This document shows, one piece after another, positions 9,445-18,149 of a stretch of 56,968 nt of DNA (the first letter of the stretch is position 1; each line of letters begins with the position of its first letter). The translations under genes were made by a program, and so were the position numbers. The stretch comes from Luteolibacter sp. (GTDB taxonomy: Bacteria; Verrucomicrobiota; Verrucomicrobiia; Verrucomicrobiales; Akkermansiaceae), in contig JBMTCD010000001.1 in NCBI GenBank assembly GCA_049430545.1, positions 1 to 56,968 on the forward strand, in the 5' to 3' direction. The notes under the pieces were generated by a model. It was not told the origin of the DNA, made no database searches, and saw only the letters and a list, made by a program, of their open reading frames with translations.

Positions 9445-10181
9445 CTCGCCGCCCCGGCTTCACCCTGCTCGAATTGCTCGCCTCCGTGGTGGTCGGATCC
9501 ATCGTGTTGGTCGCGGCCGCCGCCCTGCTCGGCAGTTCCGGCGAGGGCTACGAGCGCATTGGCGGCGGAGTGGTCACCGAGCGCGAGGCCCGCGCACTGA
9601 TCAGCCAGCTCACCTCGGATCTCGCCACCGCGCGTTTCCACCCGGAGACTGTCGTCGAAAACAGCGGCACCGCCTGGCCCGCCTCGCAGCTCGGATTCCT
9701 CAGCCTCCAACCCGCCGAGGCGCAATCGCGCGATGGCCGCATCGGCGACCTCTGCGCGGTGCATTATTACATCAAGGACCTCGAAATCGGCGGCAAGACC
9801 GTGCGCTGCCTGATGCGCGGATTCCGCGAAAGCGCCGATTCCTTCGCGGCCCTCGGAAATGACACTGTCGCTTCCTTGTTCCAACCCGATGACACATTCG
9901 ACGAACCTGTCGCCTTCAACGTCGCCGCCTTCGAGGCGCGCCCGATGTCGCACGACCAATCCGGCCAATGGCGGGAGTGGCCGCGCAATCCAAACCAAGG
10001 GCCCGAGGCCATCGATGTGCGCATCGTCATCGTCCGCCGCGAACTCGCCGGCCGCCTGCGCACCACCGCCGATTGGGACGGCGGCAACCGCCAGCTTGGG
10101 ACCATCACAGACACCGAGCGAAACCGCCACCTCGAAACCTACGGAGCCATGATCCGTTTTGGAAACGATGAATCTTTCTGA
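9441..10181 (+). CDS. pseudopilin, PilW/GspJ-like (Verru_Chthon cassette protein C-like)
   Basis: ATG at 9441 overlaps the upstream stop (ATGA); PG|FTLLELLASVVVGSIVL, GDLCAVHYY. Confidence 0.8.
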   Translation: MTRRPGFTLLELLASVVVGSIVLVAAAALLGSSGEGYERIGGGVVTEREARALISQLTSDLATARFHPETVVENSGTAWPASQLGFLSLQPAEAQSRDGRIGDLCAVHYYIKDLEIGGKTVRCLMRGFRESADSFAALGNDTVASLFQPDDTFDEPVAFNVAAFEARPMSHDQSGQWREWPRNPNQGPEAIDVRIVIVRRELAGRLRTTADWDGGNRQLGTITDTERNRHLETYGAMIRFGNDESF

Positions 10182-13140
10182 CAAACATCGCGGATTCGCC
10201 CTGCCGGCCGTGCTGGTGGTCGCCGGCGCGCTGCTCATCCTCGCGGTGGGCGCGCTGCTCGTGGTAGGCATCGAGCGCAATACCGCGCGCTCCTTCGTGG
10301 ACCGCGAACGCGCCGAACTCGCCGCCCGCGCCGGACTCGAAGACGTCCGCGGCATTCTCAACGCGGAAACCGCCAATGACGATTTCCTCGTCATCCAGTC
10401 CAGCCGGCAAAACCCTGTCATCCCTGGAGCGGAGCCCGCGCCGCATCTGTTCATCGCCCGCGGCAAGGAAACCACCGGCCCGGCCGATGATTTCAATTTC
10501 CGCTACATCCCGCTCTTCAGTGCCACCGAGCGCCCGGACGACGCGCCATTTGCGGCACCGGAAATCGACGGGCTGACCGGCGGTGCCGGCGAGCACCTCG
10601 ATTTCACCACCCTGCCATGGCTCGACAAGGCCCGCGCCGCCTGGCTGCGGGTGCGCGACGGCAAAGGCCGCGTGGTCGCCCGCTACGCCTACTGGGTGGA
10701 AGACCTGCAAGGACGCGTCGATCCCGCCATCGCCGGCAACGACAAGGGTGAAACCGGCGTCCACGCCCGCGCCGCATGGCCGTTCCCCGCGCCCGGGTTC
10801 AACGACCAAGCCGAGGCCGATGACCAACCGGCGCTCGACCAGATCGCGCTCTTCGCCCTCGATCCAGCCGCCACCGACGATGCACAGGGTGAACTCGGCA
10901 AAACGCTGTTGAAAAACCGCAAGTTACTCGTTTCCCCGGATGCGCAACTCGCCGCCGCCGGAATCCAGCCGCCGCTCGAACGCCTGACCGCCGCCGCCGC
11001 CGATGGCGGCTTCACCGGCGACCTCGCCGACCCCAAGGCCCGCGCCGTGGAACGCGGGCTCGCCAGCAACCTCCAGCCATACCTCGAACGACCACTCATC
11101 CCGCATGCCGCAGGCATAGATCCCGCCGCCGCCGGTGAACCGAAACTCAACCTCAACCGCCTGCTCGCCGGCGACCGCGACTCCGCCGTCGCCGAAATGG
11201 CCGGCCTGATCAAACGCGCCCTGCCCGACTTTGAAAAACGCAAGGGCGGCTTCCCCGATGATTACTTCAAGACCCTCGCCGCCAACGCGCTCGATTACGC
11301 CGACGCCGACAACGACGCCACCGCCGGCAACGGCTACCGCGGCATCGACGGTTACCCATTGGTGAGCGAATACCTGCTCAAGACCCGCTGGGAGACCGTC
11401 CGCACCGAGAACGGCCGCAAGTTCCTCGTGCTCTCCGCCACCGTCTATGTGGAACTCTGGAACATGAACCATGTTCCCGTGAGCGGCCAGGCGCAGGTGA
11501 GCTACGAAACGAAATATCAATTCCAGATCCCGCCGAACCCGAACATGATCAGCCTCGGCGACATGACCCACGCCGACCCGAAGCTGATCGAAAGCGATGG
11601 TTATCTCTGGCTCCCGCCCCTCGCCGTGGATCTGCAGCCGAACGAATACCGGGTTTATAACTGTGGCACGGTCACCTACACCCTCGACGCCGTGGCCTCT
11701 GACGAATGGATCGCCAGCCCGTTGATCCTGTCCGGCGAGAGTTATGCCGCCCGGGGCTCCGGATACCGCATGCGCTGGAATGGTGAAATCGCCGACCAAA
11801 GCCGCGGCGGCATCCACCGCAACGATACCTCTCTTTTTTACCCAAGCGACACCAAGAACCAGTCCCGCCAGAAACTGCGCACCACCATTCCCGGGCACTC
11901 CCACAACGGCGGCTCCGGCTTCATCAACAACATGGGCGATCCGCGGATGTCATATTATCTTTCCGCGCCGCAGGATGCGAACATCTACCCGCAGAACTAC
12001 AGCCCGAACCGCCGCAACATCCGCGAGGGCACGGTTTACACCAGCGCCTCCCGCCACAATCTCGTCTATGGCCGCGTGCTCCCCTCCGAGTGGCCGGACG
12101 GCGGGCACGACTCGCCGTTTGGCGGCAACAACATCTACAGCCTGGCCGGAATGACGGCCGGCGCTTTCTCGGACGACCACCGCATCAACCCGGACGACCC
12201 GCGGTTCTACAATCAACTTCCCGACCTTTCGCTCGGCCCCGAGGAGGCACCCACCCGGCTGTCGAACCTCGGGCGTTTCCTCAGCGTCACCGAACTCGGC
12301 CGCACCTACGATCCGGTGATGTGGCGCGTGCGCACCTCCACCAGCAACCGCCCTGGATATCCATGGGGCGACGTGCTGGCTTCCAGCGCGGCCAGCGCCG
12401 ACCATGGCGGTGGCAACACGCTGCGCATCGGCCGCCCGGAACACCCGCGCTTCGATGAGCCCGGCCAGCGCGCGGCGCACTTGCTCGACCTGTTCCATGC
12501 CGGCCGCCCGCGTTCCGAAAATGCCGACGAGCGCGCGGGGCCGCTGGTGGAAATCGCGGGCCATGTGAACCTCAACACCGCCACCCGCGAAGCATTGCGC
12601 ATGATGATCGCCGGCCGCCTGGGACAGGACCCGGAAATGCGGCGCTTCATCAACGACTCCCACGACCAGGCCGCCGGCCGGCGCTACCCGCGGGTGCAGA
12701 AACTGAGTGGCTCGACCCTGCCGGACCTGACGGAGGTTTCCGGCCGCATCGCCGATGCCATCCTCCGCACGCGCCCCTATGCCGGCACCGGTGAGCTGGC
12801 GAATGCCCGCGAGCAGAACGGCACGCGCGTGTTCGGAAACGAGCGCGTGTTCAGCGGATTCACCGGCAGCGGCTATCCGCTGCTGCAATGGACCGACTCC
12901 GCCGCCGAGGAAACCTTCGCCCGCGTCTTCGAGGCGGCCACCGTGCGCTCGCGGAATTTCCGCGTGTGGGTGATCGGGCAGTCCGTCGCGCCCGCCGCCA
13001 CCATCTCGGCCACGCCCGAGGTGCTCGCGGAAGTCCGCAAGGTCTTCACCGTCTTCGCCGATCCGGGCGAGCGCGATTCCAACGGCGTGCCCGATCCCGC
13101 GAAATTCCGACTCCGCATCCTCCATGAAAACGATTTCTAA
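10168..13140 (+). CDS. large PilX/GspK-like protein (Verru_Chthon cassette protein A-like)
   Basis: RG|FALPAVLVV (no Glu5), RAELAARAG, RYAYWVEDLQG, VNLNTA, C-terminal VRSRNFRVWVIGQ. Confidence 0.8.
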   Translation: MNLSDKHRGFALPAVLVVAGALLILAVGALLVVGIERNTARSFVDRERAELAARAGLEDVRGILNAETANDDFLVIQSSRQNPVIPGAEPAPHLFIARGKETTGPADDFNFRYIPLFSATERPDDAPFAAPEIDGLTGGAGEHLDFTTLPWLDKARAAWLRVRDGKGRVVARYAYWVEDLQGRVDPAIAGNDKGETGVHARAAWPFPAPGFNDQAEADDQPALDQIALFALDPAATDDAQGELGKTLLKNRKLLVSPDAQLAAAGIQPPLERLTAAAADGGFTGDLADPKARAVERGLASNLQPYLERPLIPHAAGIDPAAAGEPKLNLNRLLAGDRDSAVAEMAGLIKRALPDFEKRKGGFPDDYFKTLAANALDYADADNDATAGNGYRGIDGYPLVSEYLLKTRWETVRTENGRKFLVLSATVYVELWNMNHVPVSGQAQVSYETKYQFQIPPNPNMISLGDMTHADPKLIESDGYLWLPPLAVDLQPNEYRVYNCGTVTYTLDAVASDEWIASPLILSGESYAARGSGYRMRWNGEIADQSRGGIHRNDTSLFYPSDTKNQSRQKLRTTIPGHSHNGGSGFINNMGDPRMSYYLSAPQDANIYPQNYSPNRRNIREGTVYTSASRHNLVYGRVLPSEWPDGGHDSPFGGNNIYSLAGMTAGAFSDDHRINPDDPRFYNQLPDLSLGPEEAPTRLSNLGRFLSVTELGRTYDPVMWRVRTSTSNRPGYPWGDVLASSAASADHGGGNTLRIGRPEHPRFDEPGQRAAHLLDLFHAGRPRSENADERAGPLVEIAGHVNLNTATREALRMMIAGRLGQDPEMRRFINDSHDQAAGRRYPRVQKLSGSTLPDLTEVSGRIADAILRTRPYAGTGELANAREQNGTRVFGNERVFSGFTGSGYPLLQWTDSAAEETFARVFEAATVRSRNFRVWVIGQSVAPAATISATPEVLAEVRKVFTVFADPGERDSNGVPDPAKFRLRILHENDF

Positions 13141-13807
13141 CATCCTCGCCCTGCTGCTCGCCGCCACCGGCGTCGTCCTTGCCCAGAACGGCGCACGCCC
13201 GGAAGTCGGCTTCGTGCGCATCGTCAACGCCGTTTCGCCCGGCACCGGCAAGGCCACGTTCATCGTGAACGGCCGCAACCTCTATGCCGATGGCTACGCG
13301 CTCGGCCAAACCACCGGCGGCTACGGCATCAAGGCCGGCGAACTGGAGATCGAGGTGCGCAAGGAGGGTGTCCAGACCGGCAGCACGAGCGTCCGCCTGG
13401 GCAACGGCGAGACGCTCACCGTGATCGCCTTCGCCGAACGCGTGCCGCCGAAAAAGGAGGACGATCCGCCGATCTGGGCGATCAAGCTGCTGCGCCTCAA
13501 ACAACAGGACGTCGAGCGCGGCTACGGCGTCTCGATCGTTTCGGTCTGCCGCGCCGAGGAAACCGCGGTCGATCTGGCCGTGGAGGGCCGCGAGCAACCG
13601 GAGCGCGCGTTCGCCAAACGCCTCAAAATCGCGACGGTCGAACTCGGGCGCACCCGCGGCGAAATCATGATCCGCATGGGCGACAAGACCATCGGCAACA
13701 TCTCGCCGGATTCCCCCGGCAATTATGTGGTCATCTTGTATGAAAACGCCGACGGGGAAATCCAGGCCCTCTCCTATTACGATCCGAAATTCGTGATCGC
13801 GGGCTGA
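13124..13807 (+). CDS. exported DUF4397-like protein
   Basis: signal peptide, GFVRIVNAVSPG; overlaps the end of the cassette A gene. Confidence 0.6.
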   Translation: MKTISNILALLLAATGVVLAQNGARPEVGFVRIVNAVSPGTGKATFIVNGRNLYADGYALGQTTGGYGIKAGELEIEVRKEGVQTGSTSVRLGNGETLTVIAFAERVPPKKEDDPPIWAIKLLRLKQQDVERGYGVSIVSVCRAEETAVDLAVEGREQPERAFAKRLKIATVELGRTRGEIMIRMGDKTIGNISPDSPGNYVVILYENADGEIQALSYYDPKFVIAG

Positions 13808-13878
13808 AGGATTGTTTTCAACGACCTGACCGGTCTCCCCGACCGCGTTGCTCGGACTGCTGGCGGAGTTGTTGTGGC

Positions 13879-14526
13879 TCAGGCCAGCTCGAAGACCACC
13901 TGCGGCATGGTCTCACGGCCGCCCGGGATTTCCTTGCGGATCACGCGGGTGCCGAGCAATTGCTCGATCATCCGCTGCTCGAAGCCGACCGCGTGCGGGT
14001 ATCGCTCCAGAATGCGCCCGAGTGGATTGTGCCACTCGACCAGGCGCGCCGGCGCGCCGCCTGGCTGCTCGTATTCGCAGGCATGGCCGGCGGCCACGCG
14101 CAATTTGGCCAGTTTGCGCGCCCGCGCATCCGGCGTGCTGAGCGGTTCCAGGGCTTTTTCAAGCCGCGCGGCGAGCGTGTGGAAATACTGGAACATCAGC
14201 TTGTCCGCCGCGTTCCCCCCCTGCATCTGGCACAGGGCATCGAGCAGGCCGAGGGTGAAATCCGTCCCGGGCCCGGGAAACAGGGCGTCCGCCTTGGCCG
14301 ATAGGCTGTAGAAAAACTCCGGCCGTCCCACCTGCGTGCGCGGCAGCCGTGTGAGGGACAGGTAGCCGGCTTTCGCCAGTTGGTCGCAGTGCGTTTTGAC
14401 CGTCATGTAGTTGGAACCCGTCAGCCGCGCCAAGTCGCTGACCGGCATGCCGCCGTGCCGCTTGAGCATCTCGATCACCAGCCGCCATTGCGGCTTGAGC
14501 AGATCCTGGAAAACGGGGGAGAGCAT
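13879..14526 (-). CDS. winged-HTH transcriptional regulator, SufR/ArsR-like (COG2345-type)
   Basis: N-terminal HTH, VGRPEFFYSLSAKADALFP. Confidence 0.75.
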   Translation of the reverse strand: MLSPVFQDLLKPQWRLVIEMLKRHGGMPVSDLARLTGSNYMTVKTHCDQLAKAGYLSLTRLPRTQVGRPEFFYSLSAKADALFPGPGTDFTLGLLDALCQMQGGNAADKLMFQYFHTLAARLEKALEPLSTPDARARKLAKLRVAAGHACEYEQPGGAPARLVEWHNPLGRILERYPHAVGFEQRMIEQLLGTRVIRKEIPGGRETMPQVVFELA

Positions 14527-14630
14527 GGGTTCCGCCGCCCAGCATCCGCCGGCCGCCGCCGCGGATCAATGCGCGATTTTCCATGCGCATCGTGGATTGC
14601 CAGCGGGCGTCCGCTCCGCATGATCGCGGC

Positions 14631-15230
14631 ATGCCCGCACGCACAGGAATGCTGCTCGTCGTCTCCGGTCCCTCCGGCTCCGGGAAAACCACCCTCTGCC
14701 GCCGCCTCGCCGACGCCGGGGAGGCGCACTACTCGATTTCCTGCACCACCCGCCCGCCGCGCCCCGGGGAAACCGACGGCCTCGACTACCATTTCCTCGC
14801 CCGGGCCGATTTCGAGGCGCGCCTTGCCGCCGGCGACTTCATCGAGCACGCCGAGGTGCACGGGAACTTCTATGGCTCGCTGAAATCCGAGGTTCTGGCC
14901 CACCTTGCAGCGGGCAGGGACGTGGTGATGGACATCGATGTCCAGGGCGCGGCGCAGATCCGCGCCTGTGGCGATCCCGTGATCCGCAGCGCGATGGTGG
15001 ACCTGTTCGTGATGCCGCCCAACGAAGCGGAACTCCGCGGCCGCCTCTCCGGCCGCGGCACGGACAGCGAGGAGGTCATCGCCCTGCGCATGACCAACGC
15101 GCTCGAGGAGATGACACATTGGCGGAGTTATACCTATCTCATGCTTTCCTCGACCCGCGAGGAGGACTACGCGCGGTTTCTCGCACTGGTGACCACCGAG
15201 CGGCTCAGGACCGGACGGATGCGCGATTGA
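14631..15230 (+). CDS. gmk: guanylate kinase
   Basis: VSGPSGSGKTT, SCTTRPPRPGETDGLDYHF, VHGNFYG, DIDVQGA. Confidence 0.95.
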   Translation: MPARTGMLLVVSGPSGSGKTTLCRRLADAGEAHYSISCTTRPPRPGETDGLDYHFLARADFEARLAAGDFIEHAEVHGNFYGSLKSEVLAHLAAGRDVVMDIDVQGAAQIRACGDPVIRSAMVDLFVMPPNEAELRGRLSGRGTDSEEVIALRMTNALEEMTHWRSYTYLMLSSTREEDYARFLALVTTERLRTGRMRD

Positions 15231-15240
15231 TCCCGATCGA

Positions 15241-16986
15241 TCACATTCGCTCCGGGCACCGGATGCCCAACAGGCCGAGGCCGGTGACGAGGATGCGCGA
15301 GGTGAGTTCGCACAACGCGAGGCGGCTGGCGCGGACGGGCTCGTCGGACTTGAGCACCGGGCAGGCCTCGAAGAACGAATGGAAGGCGCGGGCCAGCTCC
15401 AGCAGGTAGTTCGACAGCAGGTTCGGGCGGAAGTCGTCGAGCACCAGCGGCAGCAGCTCGCCGAAGCGCGCGTGCAGGCGCGCAAGGTGGATTTCCTCAT
15501 CCTTTTCCAACACGATGCCCGCGCCCGCCGCGTCGAACGCGCCGTCGAGCTTGCGGAAAATCGAGCGGATCCGGACGCTCGAATATTGCAGGTAGGGCGC
15601 GGTGTCGCCCTGCAGGGCCAGCATGCGGTCCCAGGCGAACACATAGTCGGTGAGGCGGTTCTGCGAGAGCTCGGCGAACTTCACCGCGCCGATGCCGACG
15701 ATGCGCGCGACCTCGGCCGCCTCGTCGCCTGCCAGATCCGGGTTTTTCTCCGCGATGATCCTGGCTGCGCGATCGACCGCCTCGTCGAGCACTTCCACCA
15801 GCCCGACGTTGTCGCCGGAGCGGGTTTTCATCAACTTGCGGTCCTCGCCGAGAATCGAGCCGAACGCGACATGGCGGAAATCACCGGTTTTTCCCCAGCG
15901 CGCGGCGGCGTCGAAAATCTGGCGGAAATGCAGCGTCTGCGGCACGCCCACGACATACCAGATCTGATCCGCGTGCCAGTGGTCGATGCGGTATTCGAGC
16001 GTGGCGAGGTCGGTGGTGGCGTAGAGGAATCCGCCATCGGCCTTGCGGACGATCGCCGGATTGTCGGTCCAGCCATCCTCCTTGTGGACCATGAACGGGT
16101 CCTCCTCGGGCTTTTTGGCGCCGTCCGAGAAAATGCAGACCGCGCCCTGGCTTTCGCGGGCGATGCCCATGGCCAGCAGCTCCTCGACCAGGCCCGGCAG
16201 ACGGTCGTTGTAAAAACTCTCGCCGAGCCAGTGATCGAACTTCACATCGAGCGTCTGATAGATTTGGTCGAGTCCGAGTTTGGAAACCTCGATGCATTCC
16301 TGCCAGATCGCGAGGTTTTCGGCATCGCCGCCCTGGAGTTTCACCAGCTCCGCCTTGCAGGCCTCGAGCACTGCGGGGTCCTCCTTGGTGGCGGCGTTCA
16401 CCTGGCGGTAAACGCGCACCAGCTCGCCGATCGGATCGGCGCCGAGCGCGACATGGTCGAGCCGGGTTTTCCAACCGTGGATGATCATCCCGAACTGCGT
16501 GCCCCAGTCGCCGATGTGGTTGTCCGCGATCACATGGTAGCCGAGGAAGCGCGCGATGCGGCACAGCGCGTCGCCGATGATCGTCGAGCGGATGTGGCCG
16601 ACGTGCATCGGCTTGGCGACGTTGGGCGCGGAGAAATCGACCACCACGGTCCTGCCCGAGCCGCTGGCGGGCACGCCGAGATTCGGGTCGCCGAGCAGCT
16701 CCTTGGCCTTGGCGGCGAAAGCCTCGGGCAGGATGCGGAAGTTGATGAATCCCGGCCCGGCGATCTCGGCGGTGGCGAGACCTGTGAGATCGATGCGGCC
16801 GATGATTTCCTGCGCCAGTGCGCGGGGATTGGTCCTGCGCTGCTTGGCCAGCACCATCGCCGCGTTGCTCTGGTAATCGCCGAAGCGCAGATCGGCGGCG
16901 GGCGTCACGGCGGCGGGCACCGCTTCGCCCAGCACGGTGGCGAGGGCGGCGGCAAGGCGGGTTTCAAGATCCTGCAGGAGCGTCAT
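15241..16986 (-). CDS. argS: arginine--tRNA ligase
   Basis: FGDYQSN, DFSAPNVAKPMHVGHIRS, GDWGTQFG, LMKTRSG, APYLQY, C-terminal PERM. Confidence 0.97.
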   Translation of the reverse strand: MTLLQDLETRLAAALATVLGEAVPAAVTPAADLRFGDYQSNAAMVLAKQRRTNPRALAQEIIGRIDLTGLATAEIAGPGFINFRILPEAFAAKAKELLGDPNLGVPASGSGRTVVVDFSAPNVAKPMHVGHIRSTIIGDALCRIARFLGYHVIADNHIGDWGTQFGMIIHGWKTRLDHVALGADPIGELVRVYRQVNAATKEDPAVLEACKAELVKLQGGDAENLAIWQECIEVSKLGLDQIYQTLDVKFDHWLGESFYNDRLPGLVEELLAMGIARESQGAVCIFSDGAKKPEEDPFMVHKEDGWTDNPAIVRKADGGFLYATTDLATLEYRIDHWHADQIWYVVGVPQTLHFRQIFDAAARWGKTGDFRHVAFGSILGEDRKLMKTRSGDNVGLVEVLDEAVDRAARIIAEKNPDLAGDEAAEVARIVGIGAVKFAELSQNRLTDYVFAWDRMLALQGDTAPYLQYSSVRIRSIFRKLDGAFDAAGAGIVLEKDEEIHLARLHARFGELLPLVLDDFRPNLLSNYLLELARAFHSFFEACPVLKSDEPVRASRLALCELTSRILVTGLGLLGIRCPERM

Positions 16987-17476
16987 GATGGGGAATCGGG
17001 TTCCGGGCGGCGGGTTGCTGCGGCTTGCCGCCGAGAATCGCGAGGATTTCATCGCGCGTTTGGGCGGCCGCGAATTGCTGGCGCATCTCGCTGTTGGTGA
17101 ACAGCTTGGCGATGGCCGCCAAGGTCCGCAGGTGCAGGTGGTAATCCTTGCGCGGCACGATGAAAAGAATGACGAAGTGCACCGGCGCGTTGTCCAACGC
17201 CTCGAAATCGATCCCTTCCTTCGATCGCCCGAAGACCGCCACCACGTCCTCGATGTTGTCGGAAAACGCATGGGGAATCGCCACGCCCGAGCCGATCCCG
17301 GTGCTCACCTGCTCCTCGCGGGCCTTGAGCGCGGCGAGCGATTCCTCACGCAACTCGGCCGGCAATGTTCCCGCGCCGACCAAGTGATCGACCAATTCGA
17401 TGATCGCGGGCCAGTGGTCCACGGACTTCATGTCGAGGATGATCTGGTCCGCGCTGAGCAGCTTCGCCAACTTCAT
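16964..17476 (-). CDS. PTS EIIA (Ntr/fructose-type) domain protein
   Basis: REEQVSTGIGSGVAIPHA with the phosphoacceptor His; GIDFEALDNAPVH. Confidence 0.9.
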   Translation of the reverse strand: MKLAKLLSADQIILDMKSVDHWPAIIELVDHLVGAGTLPAELREESLAALKAREEQVSTGIGSGVAIPHAFSDNIEDVVAVFGRSKEGIDFEALDNAPVHFVILFIVPRKDYHLHLRTLAAIAKLFTNSEMRQQFAAAQTRDEILAILGGKPQQPAARNPIPHHDAPAGS

Positions 17477-17686
17477 AGGTCAGTGGAATCCACCGCCGTC
17501 TGCGGCGGGGGACGATTGGGTATCGCCCCGATCCGCCGATGGCAAGCCGCGATTCCCGGCGGTTCTTTGCGCGGGAATCCGCAGAAAACTTCCATGCGGC
17601 ACAAACAGTGACACTGCCGTCTATCTGCAAAACTCGCATCATTAGCCAATGACTTTGAGAATTCGAATCTGTCGGCCAGATGATGA

Positions 17687-17878
17687 ATCCCGCAGGGATC
17701 GGAGAAATCAGCCCCGGGTCAAGGAGCGATAGCGACAAGCACCCGGGGTCTTGCATCGCAAATGGATCCGACCCCGGAGAGGGTCGTGGAAGGCGGGGAC
17801 GGCGGTGGTTATGCCGGCGCCGGCAATTCTTGCACACCTTCCGGGGTGTGGATGGATTGGAACCCGAACCGGGGTGGT
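17687..17878. repeat. degenerate REPIN/BIME-like cluster of short palindromes
   Basis: ATCCCGCAGGGAT; CCCCGGGT...ACCCGGGG; GACCCCGGAGAGGGTC; CACACCTTCCGGGGTGTG; ACCGGGGT in an intergenic region. Confidence 0.55.
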
Positions 17879-17988
17879 CTTTTGCCGCAGTTGATAATGA
17901 TCGGGCACCATCCCACGCGCATGGTTCGGGTGGATTCTGACGTGCGCCACCCGATGTCAAGGTCCCGCATCATGACCAGCGGAGCGTT

Positions 17989-18012
17989 GCCGAGCCGGGG
18001 CTCAGCGTTCCC
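17989..18012 (-). repeat. solitary REP-like hairpin
   Basis: minus strand GGGAAC-GCTGAGC-CCCG-GCTCGGC. Confidence 0.5.
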
Positions 18013-18149
18013 GGGAAGCTCACGCCGCGGCCGTTCGCCCTTGCGGGCACGTTGCGTGCGCCCCTGTCCAAAACGCCTGCAAGCCTTCAGCGTTTGTCCA
18101 GATTCGCGGTCAACACCGCGGATCCGGCCGCTCGGCAGCAAGGCCGGAA

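Noticed and set aside
17687-18098. CRISPR array or tRNA in the hrpA-EIIA gap
   Set aside because: No identical direct repeats with regular spacers, no cas genes and no cloverleaf or T-loop consensus.
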